Of a DNA stretch of 64,000 nt, positions 24,230 through 35,700 are shown piece by piece. Both the position numbers and the translations under genes were made by a program. A model generated the notes under the pieces. That model searched no databases. It was not told the DNA's origin and was given only the letters and a program-made list of their open reading frames with translations. The stretch is from the NCBI RefSeq assembly GCF_964355755.1, contig NC_092670.1:39978388-40042387 (forward strand). Reading direction: 5' to 3'. The stretch is from Antedon mediterranea (taxonomy: Eukaryota; Animalia; Echinodermata). The stretch's first letter is position 1, and each line of letters begins with the position of its first letter.

Positions 24230-25610
24230 ATTTTTTATTGAACTATGTTTTTCATGCGAGTAGCCCGTCCAGCAATGCTGATCATTGGAGCCGTCGACAA
24301 TACAAAACAATGAAAAAAATCAATTACAAAAAACTACTATAAATTTTGATAAAGTTTCCAGATTCCATAAAATTAAATAACTCAAATATTTAGATATAAT
24401 ACAAGATGTCAATATATACAAACAGGTGCAACATGCTAATGTGTGTACAATTTATTATAAATAACAAACAAATACAAGAAAAAAACTAGTTAGATTTAGG
24501 ATTAAATGGATCTCCATGCTTAAGATATTGTTCAAAGATTTCTTAAAATTTCCCACAGTAGACTGGCGAATAAAGGACGGGAGATTATTAAGTAAGGTTG
24601 GGACTCTATAGTCAAAGCTACGCTTGAAACTTTCAATCTTAGGAGTTAAAACGTCTCTTTTGTTTGGATGCAAGAGTGGTCAAAATCGTTAAGCTCAAGA
24701 GTTGACCTAGAATAACACGTAATATCATATCATGAACATTGGCCATAAGAATATATAACGTATACAACCTTTTGGATACTCTTTTGACCATGTCACTGAA
24801 ATTATTATCCCATTTCAAGTCATCCTGATAATAAGTCCAGGAAAGTTTCATACACGAAACAACATTGAGTGTTGTACCGCTAAGATAATAATTTGGAGGG
24901 GAATAGGTGTTTTTAAGAAAATAACTCTAAGGACCATGTGATTTGTATCAGACCACTCAGTAAGAACAAGATTGGAGGTTAGGGGCATTAGCAGTGCCAC
25001 GAGTGAGATCATCCACCTAAGCCTATACTTCTACTATCTGCTTTCCAAGTATCTGCACAAAGATTATTATACCTCTAATGAAACATTGTTCAGTATATTT
25101 TATTATTCAACTTGTACTTCTGTTTCATTAATTGTTCAATATTATTAAAATGAAGTGTTATTTTTCATTGTTAATTGGCTGTAGGCCTAATTATAAATAA
25201 TCACTATTATATATTTATCATTATTATCATTACTGTAAATAACCACTGTAGGAAGTCTTATACTACATATTTTGTTTGTAAAAATCCCAGCCCTACGCGT
25301 TTTTATGCTTATTATTATGACTAAAAAAATTATTATGATTGATCGAATAAAGTTCACAGGAATAAAGCGGCTAGTAGAGGAGCATTTACTGTATCTAAAT
25401 GTTCATAGATGTCACTAGTCACCCAATCAGCAAGGAATGACTCAAATAACTTAGCGAAGATAGGGGTAAGTGAAATTGGCCTGAGGTCTTGGAATGATGT
25501 CACATTAGAACATTTTGGTACATGAATGTCTGTTGCTAACTTCCATAACAAGACACCTTCTTTAAGACAACAATTCAAAATATGTGCAAGTGAAACTGTC
25601 CAGCAATTTC
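24230..25610 (-). mobile_element. Degenerate non-LTR retrotransposon (CR1/L2-like RT fragments)
   Basis: DLRPISLTPIFAKLFESF (25354-25578), DDLKWDNN..KRVSKRLY, and SFDYRVPTLLNNLPS at the C-terminal end. Confidence 0.75.
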
Positions 25611-27301
25611 AATGGAAAATTAATTTTCCTAGAACATAAGGCATCTATTGTAGAGTAATAGAAAGAAACTTACCTATATCATTGAACTTAGATTGGTACA
25701 CCATTACTTTACAGGTCTGGTTCTCCATTTTTATTTTTATATGCTTTTTCTTTTGCTTTAACAGTTTGTGATGCAAGAGTTATTACCTGGTGACTATTAA
25801 TTGATTAACCGATAGTAATAACAATGCATTAGTTATAATATTACATTTTTATTATTATTGTGTTACTTTTCGTTGAACAGCATTGTTTGTAATCGATTGA
25901 AATAATTATGTCTTTCGTTTGATGAAAATGCCTATTAGTTAGATATAGAAATAATGGATTACGTGAATGTTATATGAATATTATGAACATAGGTCTAGAG
26001 TCTATAGCAGCTACCTCCTTTGTCCGATAAAATCATTTACCTTTTTTTTTTTTATAAGGCATTTGCTATTGGAAACTACTTAAAAGTACCTTTTATTAAA
26101 CCAACATTGATTCTCTCCATTAAAAACAAATTCTGGTAGGCATATTCCGATGTACTCCTACGGAAATGCTTTTGTTAATTTTTATTCAAAAACCTATGCG
26201 ATAATAGCGTCAGAACTACTTAAATGATCGACAACGCAAAGGCTACTATGGTGATTCTAGATACATTAATAAAGAATCTTTAATAAATTTTGTAATGCAT
26301 GTATTGTGACGCAAGAGCCTATAGTTAGGTTACTATGGTACCGATAGCAAATAATAAAAATTTTTTACTTTATTCATCGTCATCATCTTCCTATACTGGA
26401 CAGGACCTCATTTCAGTATAGACGGACAGTATCAGTATATGATAGTATATCGAATTCGTGTTTCTATATGAAATACGTCCTAATAAGAAATTAAATGTAT
26501 TATCAAGAGAGCCCAACTGCACAGCCAGTGACATGAACCCAGCACATATTATGTCATGCATATGCCATATTAAGTTATAACAATAATACATTGGGTCCGC
26601 AATCAGGGCGAAGCCTTGTCCCATGAGGACCCCAACAATATATGTGAATACATGAAAAAAATATTAAACAATAAAATAAATTTATAAAGAGATAAACTAT
26701 TAAGCACAACAAAAAGGTCAGGGTGTTTGAATGGCTAATAGGTAACGTTTTACATATTTGTTTGAAAGTAACTAAATATACAGAAAGTTTTATTTTAATA
26801 GAGAGATCAATCCATAGTTTAGGTCCGGTTATAATTGAAAAAAAAATTGATTTCTAGTTAATCTCAAATATATAAACGTGCAATATAATAATAAACAAAA
26901 AATACAGTTAAATGCAGTGAACCCAGAGTCGATTTCTTTATACAAAGACAAATATTGTTCCAAACTTTAACAGCGTTTAAAAAATGTGTTTTACCAACAC
27001 ATCTTTAATTATAGGTATACGGTACCATTCGATATCCAGAAAGTAACTATATTGTTTAATAAAGCATTTTAGGGCATATGACGCGTACATCTAATAGTCG
27101 TCTATTTTCGTCGTTTCACAAAGTTTTCTAAAATTCCAAATTATACCGGTAATAATTCAAACCAGGTACCACCGCGTCATACAATATTCACAGATAATCT
27201 AAGTTCTACATCAGTCGATATCTGGAAATTCCACTATCGAATTGGATTTGTATTATCGATTGATTATTATTGATTTTAGTTGCTGTTCTATTGTTATTCA
27301 A

Positions 27302-27765
27302 TGTAATAAATTACCATTCCCTAACATATAGAGTAACATAGTATTTACATGAACATTCTAGAATAAGATGGTTTGATTTAAGAAACCATGTATAATTAAT
27401 AAGAACAATCAAGAACATTCCAGAAGTGCTATTAATAGAAACTGTAATCATGTAATAATGAGAAGTATAAAGAATGATCTAGAAGGATAGGAGCATCTTG
27501 TATATAAAGGGTTGTAAACTATTGTAAGGTTGTTGGATTAGAGGTTGGATTAGAGGTTGGATTAGAGGTTGGATGTTATATTGTAAAGTTATTGTGAAGC
27601 TGTTGTTTAAAGTGCTTACTGGAAGTTGAAGTTGATTGAAATTAAAGCTTTGTTTTGAGTTATTTTTACAACTTTATGGATTTTGTGTGTATACTTTTAT
27701 GTCACAAGGGAGTTCCTAAAGTATTTTCAACCGCTCGGAAACATACGTGAGAGGAGTTCGTGACA
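27302..27765 (+). mobile_element. Solo LTR (464 bp), a different family from the 14.2-kb element
   Basis: TG...CA termini, perfect 5-bp TSD TTCAA (27297-27301, 27766-27770), TATA-like TATATAAAG, ATTAAA and internal (GGTTGGATTAGA)x3. Confidence 0.75.
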
Positions 27766-29319
27766 TTCAAATTAAAAATATTGTAAGTTGATAATTAGTT
27801 TTTTAGTACCACCAGTGTGTCCTTACTTATTTCATTCTGTACATAGGTATATACTTATCTTCCGTACGATATACAAATAGCACACGTTCTGTCTTCTTTT
27901 AACGTGGTCATATTCTTTGATATGGACCAAAATATTGGTCGAGCGGTTAAGCTTACTCCATGGGTTAAGGCAGGGGCACCGAAAATCGGAACAACTTCAA
28001 GACACTCCTCAACTCCTGGTCAATCTTGATTTTAGAAATGTCATTGTAGCAATGACGGATTTTGTTTGTCTTAAAAATGATTCAAACAAATTATAAACCC
28101 CAGCAGGATTTGAACTATGTAAATTATGGACCACTTTTTAGAATTATGTTCAGACCTGCTAGTGTTAAAAGATAGGATAGATTTTCAAAAGCCGGCGGGC
28201 AGTCTTAAAGTAACAAGTAAACTGAAATTGCATTTTCTCGAGAGTTACTTGTCCAAAAAACTTCATTTTTTGTACAAGAGGCAAGAGTTATTATTTGTGA
28301 TTTGTAATTAGATTTAATGTACAGGTTTTTTGATACGAGTAGTTTTAAAAAACTTATTCAACCTATTTCTAATTCACCCGTGTGTTTTTGTGACTGAAAA
28401 TATTGTTAGATGAAAAGGCTGGTTACATAACCTTTACACCAAATTCGCATACACATGCTTGTAGAAATTAGCCTAAATCACACACAGCATTAAGACACTG
28501 CACAAAAATACATTTTTCCCCGGAGAAATCTTATGTAGCATTTTACAGTAGGCGGAGGTATGTACTCTCGGAGTGGCTTTCTAGTTGTAAAATTTATTTT
28601 ATCGAAAAATTAAAAACGCTTTAAAATCGAAATCAAAAATATTCATTTGCTACTACATGTAATACACACAGCAGGGGTATTAATTAATGCGTAATTAGTT
28701 CACCCACTAACAAGTTTTACAATAACAAACCTTTTCCCTTACTCAAATTATAATTGTAGATGGATCTTTTAATCGGGTTTGCTGACAACAAACATTTCTC
28801 TGTTTTTTTACGAAGACAAATACAGTTTCATGTATCTTATAAAAAAAAAGTACTACCATTCATCTTTACCACTATTTATTAAAACTATATAGTTACTGAT
28901 CAGGAAATTGGACGTGTCCACTAAATAAAATATCTTGGTACTCATATTTGGTCTTTCCGTGCCTCCTTTTACAATTGTTTTGTCTTCTTTGTTATGTATA
29001 TGGCAGAAATTGAATAAATAAAATAATAATAAATAAATATTGATAACCAAGTCAGCTTTAGAAAAAATAGGACTGAGATAATTTTTTAAAAAGATCACCA
29101 AAGAATAAACTTCCGCAAAAGTTAAATAAGTTTAATTTTAGCTGTACTTTGAATCCTGAGTCACCACTCTGTGTATGCTCTGACTTTGTTATCAAACAGC
29201 TAAAATGTTAAACAAAACTGCTGTACTATTATAACTGTTACCTTTTGGCTACACATAAACGGTATTAAATGAACTACAAATCAAATGTTTAAAATGATAC
29301 GAACAAAGATTTAACGAGA

Positions 29320-29715
29320 TTAATTTTCAATGGAACCGGAAGCAACATGTGATGTGTACGGCAATACCCATTCAGCTTCTCTAAGAAGTTCTGCGTTTCT
29401 AAATATTTCATATAATGTATTACAAAACTCCTCAGCAGTTTTGTATTTTTTGTCTAGTACTTTTAGCAAATTTAAAGTTTGGTCTTTCATACATTTTTTC
29501 ATCTTTTCAATAATGCCGGAGTTGATTCCCATTCCGTCCGCTAAAGCTCTCCAATCAAGTGGACCACTTTTACCTTCCCTTTCAATGTCAAGAGTTGTCA
29601 TCAAATGATGACAGACTTTTTCTGGAAGTTTTTTATAAAACTCATGTTGTGTTCCAGCAATTCGACGGGACATTTGAAGATTCAAATCCGAATCAGCAGG
29701 GGCCGGCGGTGGAAC
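29320..29715 (-). CDS. Terminal death-domain exon of copy D
   Basis: LPEKVCHHLMTTLD..DWRALADGMG..TLNLLKVL..EAEW, stop at 29320. Confidence 0.9.
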   Translation of the reverse strand, partial: VPPPAPADSDLNLQMSRRIAGTQHEFYKKLPEKVCHHLMTTLDIEREGKSGPLDWRALADGMGINSGIIEKMKKCMKDQTLNLLKVLDKKYKTAEEFCNTLYEIFRNAELLREAEWVLPYTSHVASGSIEN

Positions 29716-32700
29716 CTGAAAGAAGTATTAACACAGTACGTTTATAGATATTATAATTTGACAAGAAACCCTATTTTGCTGTCAGGCTTGTTCTATGTGT
29801 GTGTGTGTAAGACTGGGAGGGAAACACAAATATAGATGATATAATGGTTTGGATAAATATTTATTCTGAAAAGTCCCGTGAGCACGAATCACGGCAAAAT
29901 AGAAAATATACCTATTGCCCTCGCCCGCGGGGGATAAGTGATTATGTAGAAAATACTGGGATGCTACAAAAGCCAATGGATTTAAGGCAAAGTTAAGACG
30001 ATTTTTTTGCTAAGCAAGTTTGATAAATCCGGCCCCTGAGCCCAAGTGTGCGTTGCGGCTGGCGATGATTTAGAAAAGAGTAAAATGTTTGAGCCGCCAG
30101 CCGTGCAAAATGCGATTGGTGTGTGACACCTCCCATCGGGCGATATTTGAACTACTACTTCTATTGTACTGTACCATTTGATATCCAGCAATAATCCGCT
30201 GCGCATCCATATGGAGATACTTTTCTTCTGTATTACCGTTTTGTTTCACTTTCATTCTACAGTACACTGAATCATGATTGTTTGAATCAGTATTTTTCAA
30301 ACGAAATCTGCAACCTGCAGGAAGATCACAACCGTCCTCATTCTTCTCGTACCATAGTTCCTCGTATTTCAGCGTCTGCTATTGATGATACAACATGTTA
30401 TAATTAGCAATACTTTCACCATATTGAATTTTATATAAGGCACATGCCCAGTCTATTACGAACTAGTAGACTAATTTCTAAAGCTTAATTCAATATAGGG
30501 CGTAGACGCAACGCAAGCGAGCTGACCAATGACGTGACAGTTCAAATAATCCATCGCGTGTGATTGATCAAATCACTTACGTTGCGCTTACATCCTTGCG
30601 TTGAATCTCTATTGTGAGAAAAAGCTTAAAAACAACATTTGTGTGCGTTTCCTACAAACATTCTTTAATCTTACCATTTCAGGTTTGTATTCTGACTTCC
30701 ATCCTTCCTTTATCTCGTTCAAATTAACTTCGACGTCTTCCCCAGTATTTTGTACTCGAATTATTTGCACATCATCCCGACGTTCTTCTTTATTTTCGAT
30801 CTGATATTTTATAACCGCCTAAAATATAAATTGGTAACAAGTTGTTATTAATGTATCTAATGATACCTATTACAAATTCCTATTTTATATCTATTTTTGT
30901 CGTGTTTGGACTTCCTCCGTTCGATGTTATTTTAGGATTTTTGGATGAGAAATTATAGATAGAAAAAATTAATTACATATTATTGCAGTTATTTCTTATG
31001 ATATAGTGGACAGTGGTCAACCTTCCTGAAAAATACTAGTGCCTCAACTAATATTGTTTTGAAACTTACCTCCTTATCGTATGGATTAAATGCACGAACT
31101 TTAAATGTGTATGTGTTGCCTCCATTGTATTCTTTGCCAAATGAACAAATATTCATTCGTTTTGTTCCTTCTGTTTCAGCAACACCGGTCATTGTATAGC
31201 GAGTGAAATGTTTGACCATAACTATGCAATGATCTTCGTAAACAAAGCTTATTCCTTCAGTGTCATCAATTGGTTCCCAATCAGAATCTGCATTGCTTGA
31301 ATCCTTTATTTTTCCTGAAAATGTCCAGTGATCTTTGTTTTCAGCGCAATGTGGAAATGTCAGAACGAACGGCACATCAAATGTAGTCCCTGGTGGTCCG
31401 CAATGTATGATAGGAGCAACACGTGTTTCACTCTGCTTTTCCAGCTTTAAGTGTTCATCTTGGTCTAAGTACATGTACACCTCTTTTCTTGTTCCCCGAG
31501 GAATTGCACCTTCTGGGATGAAGAGATTGACATCGGCATCTTTGATAGTTAGGTTACCGCCGTTATGGTCGAATATTCCGGCAGCAAATGTTGATGTAGA
31601 AAAGTTGAAGTCAGATACGTCTTTCATTTTCATCCCAGAAACGTTCACGCGAAAAATTTGAAGCATCTTTTGTAAAGCAGTGCCTTGTGTTTTTTCTGGA
31701 ATGTATTGGTCTAAATTATAAACAAATTACGTTTTTACAAAATGTGTTTCAGTTAGTAAATTTGATGTTAGATGTTGTAGGAGTACAGTAACCTTATTTT
31801 GACAATTCAATTAGTGAAAATATGTTGTTACCCCGTGTGCTTACCTAATACAATCTGATTGTTGTGATTCAGTTGGTCTATATACAAATAGGCACGTCCA
31901 AGTTCCGTTCTTGCTGCAAAATAATTCCATTTACTAATTAACAATCAATTACGTAGTAGGCCTACTCATAATGCATACGGTATATATTAAAATAAATATT
32001 TATAAATATTAATATGCAGATAGATTCAGAGCCAAGCACCTGAAGATTGAGTTCATACACATGAAACAGCCTGTAGTGCAATAAAATGTTCAGTTGGTAA
32101 TTTACTAGCGTCTTTATCATTTATTTATATTTGGCTCTACATTTTGTATCGAGCACTTTCGCTTTCATGATCTGCGTTAAATTTACCACGATTTAAATAT
32201 TAATATAAATATTTAAATAAATTCATAAATTACGCCAATAGTGAATTGACACTTTACAAGTTTGAAATAAGAATACAGTTGTAAAATATTTAAATTGTTT
32301 GTTTTGTGTTTGTAAATATTGTATACAACAAGCTTCAACACAACCTATTCGTTGATATGCCATAATGAATTAGTACTTACATAATTTTATCTCTTCTTCT
32401 AAGCCTCTGCTCAAATTCCGATACATGCTTATGACTTGTGCTAAACGAATAAAATAAGTTCCAGCATGCATTCAAAATAATTGTATATACAATAATGAAA
32501 TAATACAAATTATATCTCAATTCAATGAAAAACAATTTACTTTCTAGTAACATTTAACTATTTAAAATTAAGTTATATAGATTTGTAGGTAATGTTAACT
32601 AACCATCAGTCTGGTTAACACTCATTGGTGCTGGTACTGCTTGAGTCTGTAACATTATTGGAACATCGTGTACTGGTAGGTTACTTCTTGCAACATTTCT

Positions 32701-35700
32701 TGTCTCCAATGGCGAAACCGCGTTTTCCAGAATTTCTTGTATTTGGTTCACATTATCGAGTGCAATTGGTACTATACTGATCAGTGGTATATATCGCTTC
32801 ATTTGATCAGACAACTCCAGATCTTTGGTTATCTTAGATACATCTGAATGTATTTCGTGCTGTGGCCTATCCCCCTCGACCAGATCTCCAAGTCTCTTTA
32901 GTTGCTCTTGGAAGTCAAAATGTTTTAGAGCTTGGACATTGGATATGATGAGCCGTACATTATCTTTAATCGAAAGCAACAATCCAAAGAACTGATAAAA
33001 TGGTCGTTGAATCCAGTCATCTCGACTCGGGAATCGTTCATATGCATTGATAACATCTTCAAGCGTCGGCGTTTCCTTCAACTTTACTGTCTGTCTAGTT
33101 TCTTGCTTTGATAGAAGGTGATCCAAATCTTCGATAAGCAAATTCATCGACCCTTTTAAACCATCCCAATTAGGTTTCATTTTGAGATACCAATCATTCA
33201 GAGATTGGTTTACTTGATGTTCTTTACCTAACAAAACTTGTCCTCCTGTCAAATTTCCCAAACCAGGATTTCCACCTTTTATAAACACACAATGTTAAAA
33301 CCAAAATGGTATTTCATCATTTTTGTTTTACCACCACCATTTTATAATTATCCTTATTACCTTATTATCTTAAAGTCCTGGTCATTATCATCTTTAATAG
33401 CCTCTTTTAAGATATTACCATACTATCACCATCATACATGGTTGCCCATGATCACTAAAAGTCACCCCATTGTCATTGTTTTCGTAATCAGAGTCATCAT
33501 TATAAACAGTCTTTGTAGTCGTCACGTCAGGCAGAATTGTACTAATTAATACGTATTATCGTTATTACTACAAAAACATCATTTTTGTCGCCGTCATCAT
33601 TATCATACCTTGTAACAATTCCCTGTCCCTTGCCTCTACGAGAGGAGGTCCTTGTTTAGCTGTCCCTATGCTAAGCAAGTTACGAACCATAGATTCTAAA
33701 ATATATTGATAGTACACCTTCAATTTAGTTAATGGATAATATAATACAATTTACTAGAAAAAAGTTTCAATTTTAAGTTATTCTTACTAGGTCTATAAAA
33801 ATCAGAAAATGAAAAAAACATAGCCATGGTGAGTTGAGGCGTGATGCTTGTTTACCTTTAATAGAAGATATACTCTTTTGTGAGATCATAAAAAAATTGT
33901 TACCTCACTCATTTTTCCACCTTACACACTCAAATTCGATGTCTGTGAAGTTTAAGTTTAAGTATATAATTTAGATTAAGATGTATATGTCCCTTTGACT
34001 AATTCCAAAAAAAAATAATAATAGTTATTAACTTTCACCAAAAATTAGTCGAACAAAAAAATACTGAAATACAGACGTTTTTGTTCAAAAAATAACTTCC
34101 AGTCAAAGTTTTCGATCAAAACATATCTCATAATGCAACGCGCTTGTTTGGCTACTTTCATAAAACTTCCTCGTGATCTGTGTGAAAACACCTCCACTCA
34201 ACCGTAACGAGTTGTAAACAATCCTAAATTAGCATCATGCATAATACTTAATAGTAGGGCGGCCAATGTGAGCTTTTTCATCATGGGGGGCATTTTCTGT
34301 TAATAGCAGGCAACCATGTGGAATATATCCCTTATGAGATGACAAAAAAGATAGGGGTGGATGCCGCTCTCAAATTTCAGGTCAAAGGTCATTTTCAAGG
34401 TTATAAGGTCAAATATGGTAAAATAGAGGTTTAAGCTGTTTTCAACAACATATAAGCTAATTAAAAGAAATGTAACCATTATTGGATCATTATTGACATA
34501 TTGCTGTAGATGGTGAAGTTCATCAATTTTTCAACTTACAAGTTTAAAGGTCATTTTCAAGGTCATAAGGTCAAATAGAACACAGACCTGTTAATTATCG
34601 GTATTAATAATTGAAATAAATATAATTTTCATGATAGCCTGGGGCTGATGGTTATAGTGTGGTGTCAAAAAGACCAGAATTGTACTGGGAAGATTTTAAA
34701 CTTTTTGAGTCACTCCTGGAAGGTGTTCAAGGAATGGAGAGGATGAGTCCTAGAGTATCAAAATAACCGAAATTGGAGGCTTACTGGAATGTCTTAAATT
34801 TCATTTAAAAACGGTCACAGAGGGTTTGTGGGTTGGGAGTAATGGGCGGCATGGGCACATGCCAATATTCGAAATTTTTCTGGGATGGAAGGAGGTAATG
34901 CTCTGAGGTGGGTATTTCTTCAAGCACTGATATATAATGCCTACTGGCCATCTGGGTAACGGCAAACGATTGAATCACAACCACATATGCATGCTTTCTG
35001 TAACAACTTCATCTGGCTCTTTAGTTTACATACACATGTAACAAGTTCCAAACTGACAACTGGGTTAGGGGCTTCCAAACGACCCGATTCATTTAGGCCA
35101 CATACTGATAGCTCTGCCTGATAGTTGGCTCGTATGTTTAGGTTCTATGATGTCTGTATTCACCATAGGCGAGTTTTTTAATTTTAAGTGTTTCCCGAAG
35201 TAGAAATACAGGTACTTAAATATTTATTGAGTGAAGCGAAATACTTAATATTTAAGGGAAATATATATCACTAGTGTTAATGGTATATGGTCACTGAGTC
35301 TAGATGGAGGTAGCACCAAAGAGTAGTCTGTTATTATACAGTTCTGCTCAAGAGTACCATATATTTGGCAATATTAAACTTTAGTGTACACTGTACGTGG
35401 AAAGTCTTAATCTTAATCAATTCCATTTACAAGGAGTGGATGCGTTACAAATGATTTCCAGTATGACCTCTTCCCATAACCAGCAAATAATGACGTGCTG
35501 CAACCTGTAATGGCATGGAAGCTGGTTAGATTCTTAATAGGTTTTCAACCACTTTATTGTTCACTATACCAGACATCGTCCATACTATTGAAGGCTACTG
35601 TTACAAAGTGCATATCATTAATTAACATCAACTTTCATGTATAATTGCAAGCTCTTTGTTATTGACATAAAGAATGTCTAAAAACTTTGTGATATTTGTT

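Larger units (their letters stand above)
20556..25728 (-). pseudogene. ZU5-UPA-death domain gene, copy C (single frameshift, ~25-bp deletion at ~22130)
   Basis: Exons 25728-25674 (MENQTCKV..), 23995-23855, 23113-23033, 22608-21978 (ZU5), 21755-21612, 21261-21085 and 20936-20556 (death domain, DWRGLAMQM). Splice phases are compatible. The only lesion seen is just before VLNHFT. The three 5' exons are less certain. Confidence 0.8.

Noticed and set aside
29330-31661. Plus-strand ORFs at 29330, 30601 and 31335 (also 9266 and 60491)
   Set aside because: They are antisense shadows of real exons.
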